Assembly (NCBI RefSeq): GCF_001194135.2
Contig: NC_069001.1
Coordinates: forward strand, 32,868,780 to 32,932,779
DNA: 64,000 nt
Source: Octopus bimaculoides
Lineage: Eukaryota
Direction of reading: 5' to 3'
Shown here piece by piece: positions 49,189 to 62,100 of the stretch. Position numbers and translations under genes: made by a program. The notes beneath the pieces are model-generated. The model ran no database searches. It had not been told where the DNA came from and saw nothing but the letters and a program-made list of their open reading frames with translations. Numbering within the stretch: the stretch's first letter is position 1; each line of letters begins with the position of its first letter.

Positions 49189-52100
49189 TTTACAAACACA
49201 TATATATACCACCACACATACAATTACATGCATACATATATATATATATATAAATACACATATACATGTATACAAACGCAATAACACATACACACACACA
49301 CACATACTCGTGTGCGTGTGTCTATGCGCAGCCATTTTTTACTAAAATATATCCACCATACTATAATTCTTTTATTGACTGTCTAATGGCAGTTTGTCTA
49401 ATCCAGCCTCACTCCACCAATGTTACTGCTGCTGTATCGCTTACGATCAATCAAAACAGCATGTTATTTTTACCTGCCATATTATTGATTGATGATAGCG
49501 AAGGCACATGGCTTAGTGGTTAGGGCATTTGGTTCAATATCATGAGGTTCTGAGTTCAATTCTTGCCAGTGCATTGTGTTCTTGAGCAAGACACTTTACT
49601 TCACGTTGCTCCAGTTCACTCAGCTAGCAAAAATGTGTTGTACCTGTAATTCAAAGGGTCAGCCTTGTCACATTCTTTTCTACTCCAGGCACAAAGCCCA
49701 AGATTTTTGGGGAGGGGGCCAGTCAATTAAATCGACCCCTGTATGCAACTGGTACTTGATTTATCGACTCCGAAAGGATAAAAGGCAAAGTCGACCTCGG
49801 TGGAATTTGAACTCAGAACATAAAGACAGACGAAATACTGTTAAGCATTTCACCCCATGTGCTAACGTTTCTACTAGCTTACCATCTTATCAGCTTTGTC
49901 ACGTTGTGTCACACTGGATCTCCCTGAGAACTTCATTAAGGGTATGCATATCTGTGGAGTACTCAGCCACTTTCATGTTAATTTCATGAGCAGGCTGCTC
50001 CATTGATTGGATCAACTGGAACAGATGTTGTAACTGACAGAATGGCGATTATTTATTAGTGGTTGTTTGGCTGAATATCATTAGATTCATTTGGGATAAT
50101 GGAATTTAGCATTGCAATAAACAACAACAGCAACAGAAATAACATTAGCTGTGGCAGCAACAACAACAGAAATGGTATCAATAATAGAAGCTGCCATAAA
50201 CAAAAAGAAAAAATGATCCAATGGAAGATGTTAACATTGATAAATCGAGTGAAAATGTCGAGAATATCTGTGAAAAGTGAAATGCTTTAAGTAGCACCAG
50301 TAGTGAATAACTAAAGAATAATACTAACAACAACAGTAGTAAGCCTTATAATGTTGGTAGTCTTGTCCAAGCTAATGTGTAAGCATTTGAACACATTTGA
50401 ACAAATGTTGTTCAATGGGTTTGAGTGACACAGCCACACTTTGGTCTTTAGCAAATTGCAGTGGACACATAGCATCTGATTGTGTGCAGATATGTGTATA
50501 GGATGTACAGGCATGTGCTAAGACTAAGACACCTGTAAAGATTCCTGGATAACCATGGTGAGGAACAGGTGTGGTTGTAATTTTGAGATACGCCTTGCTA
50601 GAACTCATCCGTTCAACTCAGTTTTGTGTCAAGCACAGACCAAAGTTGGGATCATCTGTCTTCTAGAATATTGATCGGCACTCAGTACATTCCACCACCT
50701 AAGCCATACATTCAGTGGGACATCCATGCTATCGTTTTATAGGGGTTTAGTGGAAGGTTTGCACAACAATAGTCTGTGAACAATTCTGGGTATTGATGAG
50801 GACGTTCTGCAAGAATTGTCTCTTCTGAAGGATTTCAGGTCAGGGATTAAGGGCAACTTCTAAACGTCAAATAGTGCTACAGGGTATGGTGCTTATTCCA
50901 GATAAATTCTATGGGCAGAGCAGTGCTGTCATCCTGGCCCATCCAAGGTGCCCATAGAGGACTAAAACCATTCTGCATGCACTGCACTCATTCATTCTCT
51001 GAATGTTATTAACTTGTGAAGTTATGTCAAACACCTGTTACTGTGTGCAGGGTGGATCCAGCTGTCGGCCAAGTCCATTGTAAAAATGGTTCCACTGCTT
51101 TCTGTTGGTGAGGAGCCATGGGCAGTTTTCCTCCCTCTGATGGCTATGGCAAAAGAGATAGCAAAGTGGATGAGATTGCAAAGACTGAGAACAGACATTC
51201 TTCATCTGCCTTTCTCTCATCAACTGGAAAGGGAATGGTGAAGATGAAGAAGGAAGTGTGCCACCCAATAAAGTTCCAATCTCAATTCTCATTTGCAATT
51301 TCCTGGCTGGAGGAAGGTACTTGTCTTTGTGTTGAAGAATTTTTAAGATTTGTGGGGAAGGTCTCTTTTACTTCAGGTAACTGTCTCTCATTATTTCATT
51401 TTATTATTTTTTTTTGTATTTTTTTCCCCTCAATGTAACCACTCTTTTTCTAAAATTCATCTTTGTAATGTTCTCCTATTCATTGCCCTTGTGACAAATA
51501 AAGAAATCAGCATCATCATTATCATTATTATCATCATTATCATCATTATTATTAAGGTGGCGAGCTGGCAGAATCATTAGCATGCTGGGCAAAATGCTTA
51601 GCGGCATTTTGTCTGTCTTCACATTCTGAATTCAAATTCTGCCAGGGTTGATTTTTGCCTTTTATCCTTTTGGGGGTCAATAAAATAAGTACCAGTTGAA
51701 CACTGGGGCCGATGTAATCGACTTACTCCTACTCTGAAATTGCTGGCTTTGTGCCAAAATTTAAAACCATTTTTATTACTATTATATTTCCAAATTTCTA
51801 GATTTTTTTCTGTTCTTGTTTTGTGACTAAATTTTCTTTCCTCCTCCTCCTCCTCCTCCTCCTTATTATTATTTTGGAAAAAAATTATTCCATATTGTTC
51901 TTGTGACTCAAAACTGTTATTCATCAGATGATCGATGTTTCATCAATAATGATCTTGTAATGATGTGTCATTCCATTGAAAAATGTTTATGTTTTAGGTC
52001 TTGAGAAATCCATTAAGGATTTGAACAGACAGACAGTATCTTTGGATAGATTACAATTGGTGCTGAATGAAGAAGTGAAGAAAGCTTACAAACGAATTAG

Positions 52101-53696
52101 TACTGTCTTTGAAGAAATGTATTCTTGGTGAGTGTTCTTATTACAATTATTAATTGTTTGGTACAAATTTCCTCTGGCATTGGCGACTATTGTAGATGTT
52201 TATTAGCCATAGTGAAGGTGCATAGCTTAGGGGTTAGGGTATTCGACTTACAATCGTAAGGTTGTGAGTTCAGTTCCCAGCAGTACGTTGTCTCCTTGAG
52301 CAGAACACTTCATTTCATGTTGTTCCAGTCCATTCCACTGGCAAAAATGAGTAGTACCTGTATTTCAAAGGGGCCAGCCTTGTCATATTCTCTGTCACAC
52401 TGAATCTTCTTGAGAACTACATTAGGGGTATATGTATCTGTGGAGTACTCAATTTGCATATTAATTTCATGAGTAGGGTCTTCTGTTGATTGGATCAACT
52501 GGAACACTCGTCATAACTGACATACAAGTATACTGGTATGGCACTGGTTGGTTAAACATATTTTAATTAACCTAAAGTTCATTTATTCCTAATCACTGCT
52601 TGGCACGTGGTCCAGTAGTACAACTCAGTCACTGATGTTGACTGCTTTTTCAGTTAAAGCTACAGCTTTGAATCTACCCAGGGTTATATCTCTTTGGTAT
52701 TTCCCATTGAGATAGGCTAAAGAGCCAGAAATATGCATCTGGGAATCCACTAGAGGGAAGCACACTGGGCAGATATGGCGTTTGTATACCCATTATCATT
52801 ATCATATTTTAACTAACATTATCATATTTTAACTAACTTTAAAAAAAAGAAATTCACCTAAATTTACTTAAAAAAATTCATGGTGGTGCCCCAGCATGAA
52901 TGACTGAAACAAGTAAAAGAAAGTAAACGCATACATACATACATTCATACATACATACATACATACATACATACATACACACATACATGCAATGAGCTTC
53001 TTTCAGTTTCTGTCTACCAAATTCACTAACAAGATTTTGGTTGGCCTGGGGTTAAAGTAGAAGATGTCTGCTCAAGATGGCATGCAGTGGGATTGAACCC
53101 AGCACCATGTGGTTGGGAAGCAAACTTACCTCACAGTCATGCCTGTGCCTATATATGGCTAGCTAATTGCTGATTATTATTGCTTGTTGCTACCAGCTGT
53201 ATTTTAGTGGATGGTTGGTGGCCTTTTCTGACCAAGCCATAGAGAAGCTTTCTGGCTTCTCTCTGCAAAATCATTGTCAAGCTTTTGCTAGTCTTTCTTG
53301 AGCAGACTATTGTGTTCCTTGCTGGTGGCTGTCTGGTCATACCATGGTGTTGTTTGCTGATCTCTGTAGGCCATGCCACTGTGGTGGTCACTGGCTTCTC
53401 TGAACCAGATTACAGAAGGCAAGCACTATGATCTCTATCAGACAAACCACAGATAAAAACAACAACCATCAGTTTAGTAGGGATCTGCTGTTTCTGCTTC
53501 ATTACCACTTTTAGATGATGTTTAACATTGATATAATATTACACTTTGAAAATTGTATCAACAATAAAGCATGCACGCAAAAATAGATGTGATTATCTTG
53601 ATTATTACTTCATCAATGTTTCTTTTGATTGATTGATTAGAGAATCTCAAATTTCATAGCTTATTCATCAGGTCACAGTTTTATTATTATTATTAT

Positions 53697-53731
<35 letters not shown>

Positions 53732-56700
53732 GTTTTGGTGATATAGTAAAAAAAAACAGCCAGTCTAGCTTTCTATTGTCTTGGATATCTGCTTGCACTG
53801 TTTTATATTTGTGTATATTAATGATTTCTTACATTGGCATATGAGAACAACTCATTTTTGCCAGCTGATTGGACTGGAGCGACGTGAAATAAAGTGCCTT
53901 GCTCAAGGAGACAACACACCACTGGGAATTGAACTCATGGCCTTATGAAGAACGTGAGCAGAATACCCTAACCACTAAGCCACATGGCTTCACCACATAC
54001 ACATCTCTAAAATAACTGACCCATCATAGTTAGAAAGCCTCTGACCACAGGTCTACAGGATCAGGGTTAACCCATGGCTAAACAACAATAACTCTTCATA
54101 ATACATTAATCTGAATAAGAATTGGATTATGATTGTATAATCTGCTTATTGTATGTAGGTTATGGTCGGTACATATTAATTCTGAATATGATTTGGTAGC
54201 ATAAATTATGAGGATGGCTTTAGAACAAATAAGTGTTTGCCAATATGGAATCAAATCAGGAAAAATACATCCGGATTTGTCCTATTAATTCTTTCCTCAC
54301 TCCACTCAGTGTGTCACAGTTTCTGCTTTGTTATCAAAACGTGATATACTATTGTTAAAATTTATGTCCTTTAATTTAGGAAATGATGTTCTGAATTTTG
54401 TAATGATATGTACTTAGAACTGATTTGGTACTGACAATGTACTTCCTGATCAGAAGTATTGTACAATATTAGGTGCAGGCATAGCTGTATGGTAAGAGGT
54501 TTTGAGTTCAGTCCCACTGCGTGGCACCTGGGATGAGTGCCTTTTGCTATAGCCCTCGGTATGGGTTGGAAGCAGTTTATTGATGTGGGTTTTGTTTTAG
54601 CATTGTAAGTGGAGTCGGTAGATGGAAACTGAAAGAAGCCTGTTGTTGTGTGTTTGTGTGTGTGTGTGTTTGTCCCCCACCACTTGAGAACCAGTCTTGA
54701 TGTGTTTACATCTCCATAACTTAGTGGTTTGGCAAAAGAGACCAATAGAATAAGCACTCGGCTTTGAAAAAAAAAATAAGTACTGGAGTTGATTTGTTTC
54801 AAAATTCTTCAAGGCAGTGCCCCAGCCTGGTCGCAGTCTAAAGACTGAAATAAGTATAAGATAACAGATGTCCTGAGAATCATGTGGATGTCAGTGTTCC
54901 TTCCCTCATTTCCATGAAATCTATAGAATTAATCACTCATTAATGAATAATTTTAATTAGAGTATCTTAAAACAACTCAACTATCTTGTCTGAATCAGCG
55001 ACAAATAACATGTTGATTGATTATTTTTTTTTGTTTTCCTTCTCCAGTCTTAAAGAAAGAGAGTCACAAATGATACAAGAACTGGACAAAGTGAATTTAG
55101 ATGCAGGTTTGTCTTTTATATCACATCTTTTTTTTTATTGCAGCACTTAAGACTTAACCTAATGTTACTGAAAGCAGAGTTAAACCTTTTAACATTCAAA
55201 ACTCTTTTGTGACCAGATTTCAAATAAAATATTACATTCCATTTAGAGTTTTCATTTAATTTTTTAAATAATCAATGGTTTTAAGTGGTTTGGTATAGTA
55301 ATTAACTTTCTCTTTTTAACCCTCTCAGACCTGGGCCTCTTTGTCTCACTTTACCCTCCACTGGGCATCTGTGTAATAAAATAAATAGTTGTATATATAG
55401 CTCAAGAGTAATGGTTGTAAGAAAAATAATGGACGGAATCAGCTGCTTCTTCTCTTTCTATGTGTGTTGTTTATTGCCATTTTACTGGGAATCTGGCAGA
55501 GATTATGTTTAACCTATTCCTGCTTTAGTGAGAACTTGGTGTGACAGGGCTTAAGATGAGGTTTGGAATATAACTTAACAAAAGTGTCTTAAATAAAATT
55601 AGGATGGGTGGTTTTAATCTAAATATTTAATACTTCATAACAAGCATTTCTGTGTCCTAAAGTAATCAAGAATTTTCAGGGGATTTATTAAAGCAATTCA
55701 CTTTGTCTTAGGAAAATAAGTTAATAAAGGTTTTTTTTTAGGTAAAATGAAAATGGGAGGTTTTAATTTAAATATTTAACATTTCAAAACTAGCATTTCT
55801 ACATCCATCATTTTTGTTACCAACTATCATCTGAATAATATGGTTTTTGCTATTCATTTTGTGTGTGTGTGTGTGTGTGTTTTAATGAGGAGCTAGAGAA
55901 AAGGCAATTATCTTTCCCTTTGGCCATTAATTTATTGAGGGAGATGTCAGTAGGTTAATTCCCCTAATGAAGTTAAGTCCTACTTGCTTTACTTTATACA
56001 TGTTTCATCTTGTCAGTGGTCATATGCTTGTCTCAAAACTTAAGCCACGCCACCTTAAGTTCATGCTATACATCTGTGGTGAAATTGTGATGGGCTCAGA
56101 AATAAACTGAATAACTACAAATAAATTGAATGACTGATGTACACACATAAGATGTAAGAATTAAAAACTAGCTTCCCATCTTTTGATGTTAGCAATTTCA
56201 TGTTTTAAATCAGTGGTTCTCAACCATTTTTTTTTACCTATGGATCCCTTTGATTCCTATTTTACCCAAGTGGATCCCCATAGCCATTTGATGCTTTAAA
56301 AAATCCTATTATATTTTTATCACCAAATATTATTAAGAAATTGTATGAAAAATTGTTAAAATGTTTTGTGTATTGTTGAAGTATAACCAATTTATTGCTC
56401 ATAAACTTTAGCATCAAAAGCTTATATGGATCCTTTTGAGAACCACTGTTTTAAATGAAACCTACTTGATTTACTTTACCATAACTAAAACAATGCTAAA
56501 ACAGTAGACATGTCTGGACTTTTTTGCAGAAGATATTATAAAACAGCGAAAACAGAAGGCAGCTGATTTGAAGGTACAGATTGATCGAGCTCAACAGATG
56601 AACGATAGTGAAGTTGCTGAACTGAGAAGTCAGATTAAGGTTTGTAGTTAAGCTTTGGATACGTTTGTTGTCTTCTTCATTCTGAGGAGTTTTATCTTTC

Positions 56701-58697
56701 TTGCATTGATCAAGATTATTCTTGGAGAAACGTTATTGGTTGAAAAGAGTTTTGGCTGTTATTTGACTCAATTGGTTGTCAGCTCAGCAGTTAAGTTTGC
56801 ATAGAGATAAACTCTTCTAAAATTAACTTGATGTTGATACTCTGTCCTTTGAATATGGACTGACTGTGTGGCAAGAAGTTTGCTTCTCAAACACATGGTC
56901 TAAGTTTAGTCCCACTGTGTGCCATCTTGGGCAAGTGTCTTCTTTTATAACCTAAAGCTGACCAAAGCCTTGTGAGTGGATTTGATAGATGGAAGCTGAA
57001 AGAAGCCCATTGTGGAAAAGCACCCATGCCAGCACCATGTAAAAGAGCACTTGTGCTGGCACCATATAAAAAGGTATCCGTGCTGGTGCCACATAGAAAA
57101 GCACCTATGCTGTGCCATATAAAAGAGTACCCATGCTGTGACACTTAAAAAGCACCAAGTGTACTCTGTAAAGTGGTTGAGATTAGGAAGGGCATCCAGC
57201 TGTAAAAACCAAGCCAAAACAGACGACTGGAACCTGGTGTAGCTCTCTAGCTTGCCAGCTCCTGTCAAACCATCCAACCCGTATCAACATGGAAAACAGA
57301 CATTAAATAGTGATGATATATATATATGTATATATACATTTATGTATGTATATGTGTACGCATGTGTGTGTGTATTACTGTCTCCTTGTGTAGATATCAT
57401 GTGATAATTGTAAATGAATGTCACCAACATCCAAGCAGTGTCTTTTGCTTCTAATCTTTTGTGAAAACATTTCTGGTGTTGAAGAATATTACCTTGCTTG
57501 GAAACACGTGAAGGTTGGCAGCAGGAAGAACATCTGGTTGGAGAAAAATCAACCTCGAGAAATTCTGTCTGACCCATGCAAGCATGGAAAAGTGGGCATT
57601 AATATGATGATAATGATGTTCTTTATTAGGTAAAGTAAAATACAGAACCATGGAAGGTTCCATGGATGATGACCTTGATATGTTCATTTGATGTGGAGAA
57701 TGAAATAAAATACAACAGTTTGTATCCTTGTCTTTTATCTGAGAGTGAGAAAGATAGAAATGGTGCTGCTGTTTGACTGGGCATTTCACCTTACTGGCTG
57801 TCTTTGTATTTGCAGGAATTTGTAAGTTTCAGGCGGATTGATGAGGATATTGGTCGGAGCACGCGGTTCCACTATGATTCTGATCATCTGAAAAATGTAA
57901 GTGAAATTTCAATGGTTTACATAAAAGGCAGTGAAGGCAAGTGAACTTCAGCCGATCAGACTACTCAATATTTTGGTAAAACTACAAATGTGTGCCCCTT
58001 CGCTGACTTTGTTTCCTCATAACTTTCTGGAAAATTGATATTTTTAATTAAAATTTTCAATGAATATATTTCAGAGGGTGTACATTACAATTATATCAAA
58101 ATTTGATGTGTCAAAATTTATGCATGTGTGTGTGGGGAGGAAGGGGGTAAATAATTTACACACCTCATCAAAATGCATGAGGAAACAAAGTCTAGGTGTG
58201 TGACTTACGTGACTTGATTCCCAAATTTTTTTCATTTACATCAAATTCCAACATCATCATTATATACACCATCTGAAACTTATTTGTAGAAAATTTTATT
58301 TTAAAATATTCCGTTTTCAGGAAGCTACGAGGAAACAAATTGAGGTGTGTGGTCAATCTGAAACTCCTTTCCATCCCTCTGAAAATGTCATTCACACCAG
58401 ACTCCCATGCATCTTTGATGTACACCACCTAAAATGTATCTCTGGGTAATTTCATTAAAAAAAAAGAAAATCTGTTTTTCAGAAAGTTATAAAGAAAGTC
58501 AGTGGGGCACACATCTGTAGTTATGCCAATGTTTTATCTCAATGGTTTGTGTCATAGGAATGAAAAGTAAGCTTTTCATGAGTGAACTCTATGAACTTGT
58601 TTCACTTCACTTTTATAGGCAAATATAATTCCACTGTTAAACATTAATTACTTATCTTGTTCTCTTTCTCATCTCTTAACATCATGCCTTTTGCTCG

Positions 58698-58767
<70 letters not shown>

Positions 58768-59100
58768 TTTTCTCTCTCTCTCCTTCCATTTCTGTCTCAC
58801 CCCTGTCTACTCTTCCTTTTTCTCCACCCCTCCCTTCTACGACTCTGCATTTCCTTATAAAGGAATTTCATCCGCCTTCTATAATATTTGGAATGAAAAA
58901 TTTTTGACACAGCTATTTGGTCAGACTTACTTTTTAAATAAATTCATCCCTTTTTTTTTCTGTTTTATTTCAGGAGATTAACAAATTTGGGGAAAGTAAG
59001 TATCTAGTGTTATTTTTTTTATCACTCAAATACTCACACTCACACAAACACACATAAGAAATTATTTCTCAGAAGATAAGTGGCTCATTTGCTACACACG

Positions 59101-59131
<31 letters not shown>

Positions 59132-62100
59132 CACATGATTACATGATCAAACAGACTATCAGATGTTGTTATACATTGCTGGTCACGATGCACTTTGCAT
59201 CGTTTAGTTTTTGAATGAAGCTATGCAAAAGCGCCCCTGTGGTGCCATGTAAAAGCACCCAGCGCACTCTGTAAAGCGGTTAGCATCAGGAAGAGCATCC
59301 AGCTGTAGAAACCACGCCAAATCGGATTGGAGTCTGGTGCAGCTTGCCAACTCTGGTCTCAGACCATCCAACACATGCCAGTGTGGACAACGGATATTAA
59401 ATGATGATGATGATGGTGATGATGACATATACATACACATATACATAGCTGCAACTCAATTTGAAACAATGCTGTCATTTGTTCTCTTAAGCATGAGCAG
59501 CATGGATGTAGCTTTTCAGTCCTGCTTGGGACTGACACTCTTTTGCACAGATGTGATAACAATGGTCACCAGAAAAAGTAGCCAAAAGCGCACGAACGGT
59601 TTATAGAATAATGCACAGAAAGTGAACAGCGAATGAATCATTTAATAAAATGAAAAATAAGTATTACTAGGTTACATGATGTAAGTGGCACTAAGGGTGA
59701 CCTCACACACACACAATTATTTTAAAAATTGTTTTTAAGATAACATTATTCCATCTCTCCAATATTTATTGAGTCTCTTATGTGCTCTTTTCTTTCATCT
59801 TTTCTTCAGTTACTCCTGTCAATAAATGTGCATATAGTGTAAACCGTCCAAACCAAAATGAAAGTTCATCATCTAATGGCAGCAGTCTACAACCACCCCC
59901 AATCCCAAGTGCTGTCATTAATACAAGTCATAATCTACCTGAAGAAATGAACGGTAACTTAACAACTCCTCATTATGATAATGATGATGATGATGTCTTT
60001 TTCTCTTTAATGATTTATAGGAATATTTTGCAACTGTCTGTCCTCCTCTCTTTTCTCTGGTGGACACACTGTTCTAAGATTTAGTATACATACAATCTTA
60101 ATTCTGAAGATAAGTCTATAGAGGGCGATTTGGCTGTAGATTGAGTATACTGGGGATTGTGTGTGTCCGTGGGAGAGAGAGGAGAGGGGTATTGAGGGAA
60201 GGGAAGAGTGATACAAATGTAAACAAGAAATTTCTGTCAGGTTTTTTTCCCCATAGAAATAAAAGAGTTTTTGTGTTTTACTTCAGGGAACAACTCAAGC
60301 AATTCGAACTCGACGTCACAAGATGCTACAACGGAGGAACCTGTTGCAGTCTCTTCGTGTCCTGTTAGTAGTAATACCAATAATGAACAGGTTTGACATT
60401 TTCTTTATATATATACTTTTGTCCTCTACAGAAATTAATAAAATCAAAAATATAGAAATAAGATATATTAATGAATAAAAAAAAAATATATTCAGTTGTT
60501 TTGAGTTCAGGCTCACTGTGCAGCATGGCTGCTCTCCAATGACTGAAACAAGTAAAAGATAAAAACTTGATTCTCTCTTTCGTCTTCTTTAATGCTCCAA
60601 CTGCAGATCATGTTATTTTGCTATTTTACTCCAAGTCGACCTTGATCAAGCAGACCTTATGGTCAGAGACACTTTTAGCCATCTTTTCTTTTGAAGACAG
60701 TATAATGCAATTTGAGGGCACTTTGATCACTGTTTCTAGCTGGCCAAGTGACCGCTCACTATAACACACTCTCACTATTACACCCACAGATACAAACACA
60801 CTTTCACTCAGATCTTCATCTTCACATTACAAACAGACACAATGTTCTTTTCTTATGTTCCATTGACAAAAAGAAAATCAATTAACAACAATAGGATCAA
60901 GACTTAAATACAGTTTTGAGAGTCTGTTAATATTAAATCAGTTTTTTGCTGAGATATAGCTATTTTCTATATATCTATATTTAGAGACGAGTTATTCAGA
61001 AAAAGCAATAAAAGTTCATTAGTTTATTAGTCTCATCTATCATCTTTCATCTTTATTGGTTATTTTACATTTACTTTTCCATGCTGATGTAGATTAGCCG
61101 GTTTTTCTAATATTCTGTGGAAACATGTCTAACAATGAGGCTATATTACCTTACTTGGAAGCAGGTGAGGGTTGGTGATAGGGAATCTGGCTGTAGAAAA
61201 GCTGCTTCAACAAATTCTGCCTGACTTATGGGAGCCTGGTAAAGTGAACATTAAAACAATGATGATGTAAAAAGCACCTGTTGAGCATTACCTGTGACAG
61301 TGGCAAGTAAAAAGCACCTTTTGAGTGTTGGGCCTCACGGAAGCAACTGGCACCTGTGCTGGTGGCATTTAAAAAACACCTGCCGAGTGTTGGGCCTCAT
61401 GGAGGCAATGTGGCCAATGCCGGTGTCGCATAACTGGCATGTAAAAAGCACCTTTTGAACATTGGGCTTCATGGAAGCAACTGGCACCCATGCTGGTGGC
61501 ACGCAAAGATTACCTGCCGAGCATTGGGCCTCATGGAGACAGTATGTCTGATGCTAGTGTCGTGTAACTGGAATCTATGCTGGTGGCACGTAAAAAGCAC
61601 CTTTTGAGTGTTGGGCCTCACAGAGGCAATGACAAATGACTGAGATTTTTGGCATTATGTTGTGCTTGAGAAGAAGACCCATCAAGCCAAGTGAAATCAT
61701 AGTCGTGGCAGATACTGGTGTCACGCAACTGGCACCCATTACACTCTTGAAGTGGTTGGCATTAGGAAGGACATTCAGCCATAGAAACCATGCTAAATCA
61801 GACTAGAGTCTGGTGCAGTCCCTCAGCTTACCAGCCCTGGTCAAACCATCTAGCCCATGCCAGCATGAACAACGAACATTAGATGATGATGATGCATGGT
61901 AGACAGAAATACAAAACTGAGGTACGTTAACTGTATATGTATATTTCTGGACTTCATTAAAATATTTTTCTATTTTCTTCAGTATCAGCATTCAAGAACG
62001 TTTTCAAGCAATTACAAATCATCAGGTAATTAAGACTGTTAAATTTTCTTTTTAACCCTTTTAATACTAACCTGCTTAACACCACTCTTGCTTCTATCAT

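Noticed and set aside
1533-49345. ORFs rich in VC, YI, HT, LS or poly-L/I/H
   Set aside because: These are translations of (TG)n, (TA)n, (CA)n, (CT)n and triplet microsatellites, with no splice or homology support.
53640-53675. Minus-strand CTGATGA-ATAAGCTAT-GAAAT
   Set aside because: Only a 3-bp AU helix II and no helix I; consistent with chance in AT-rich DNA.
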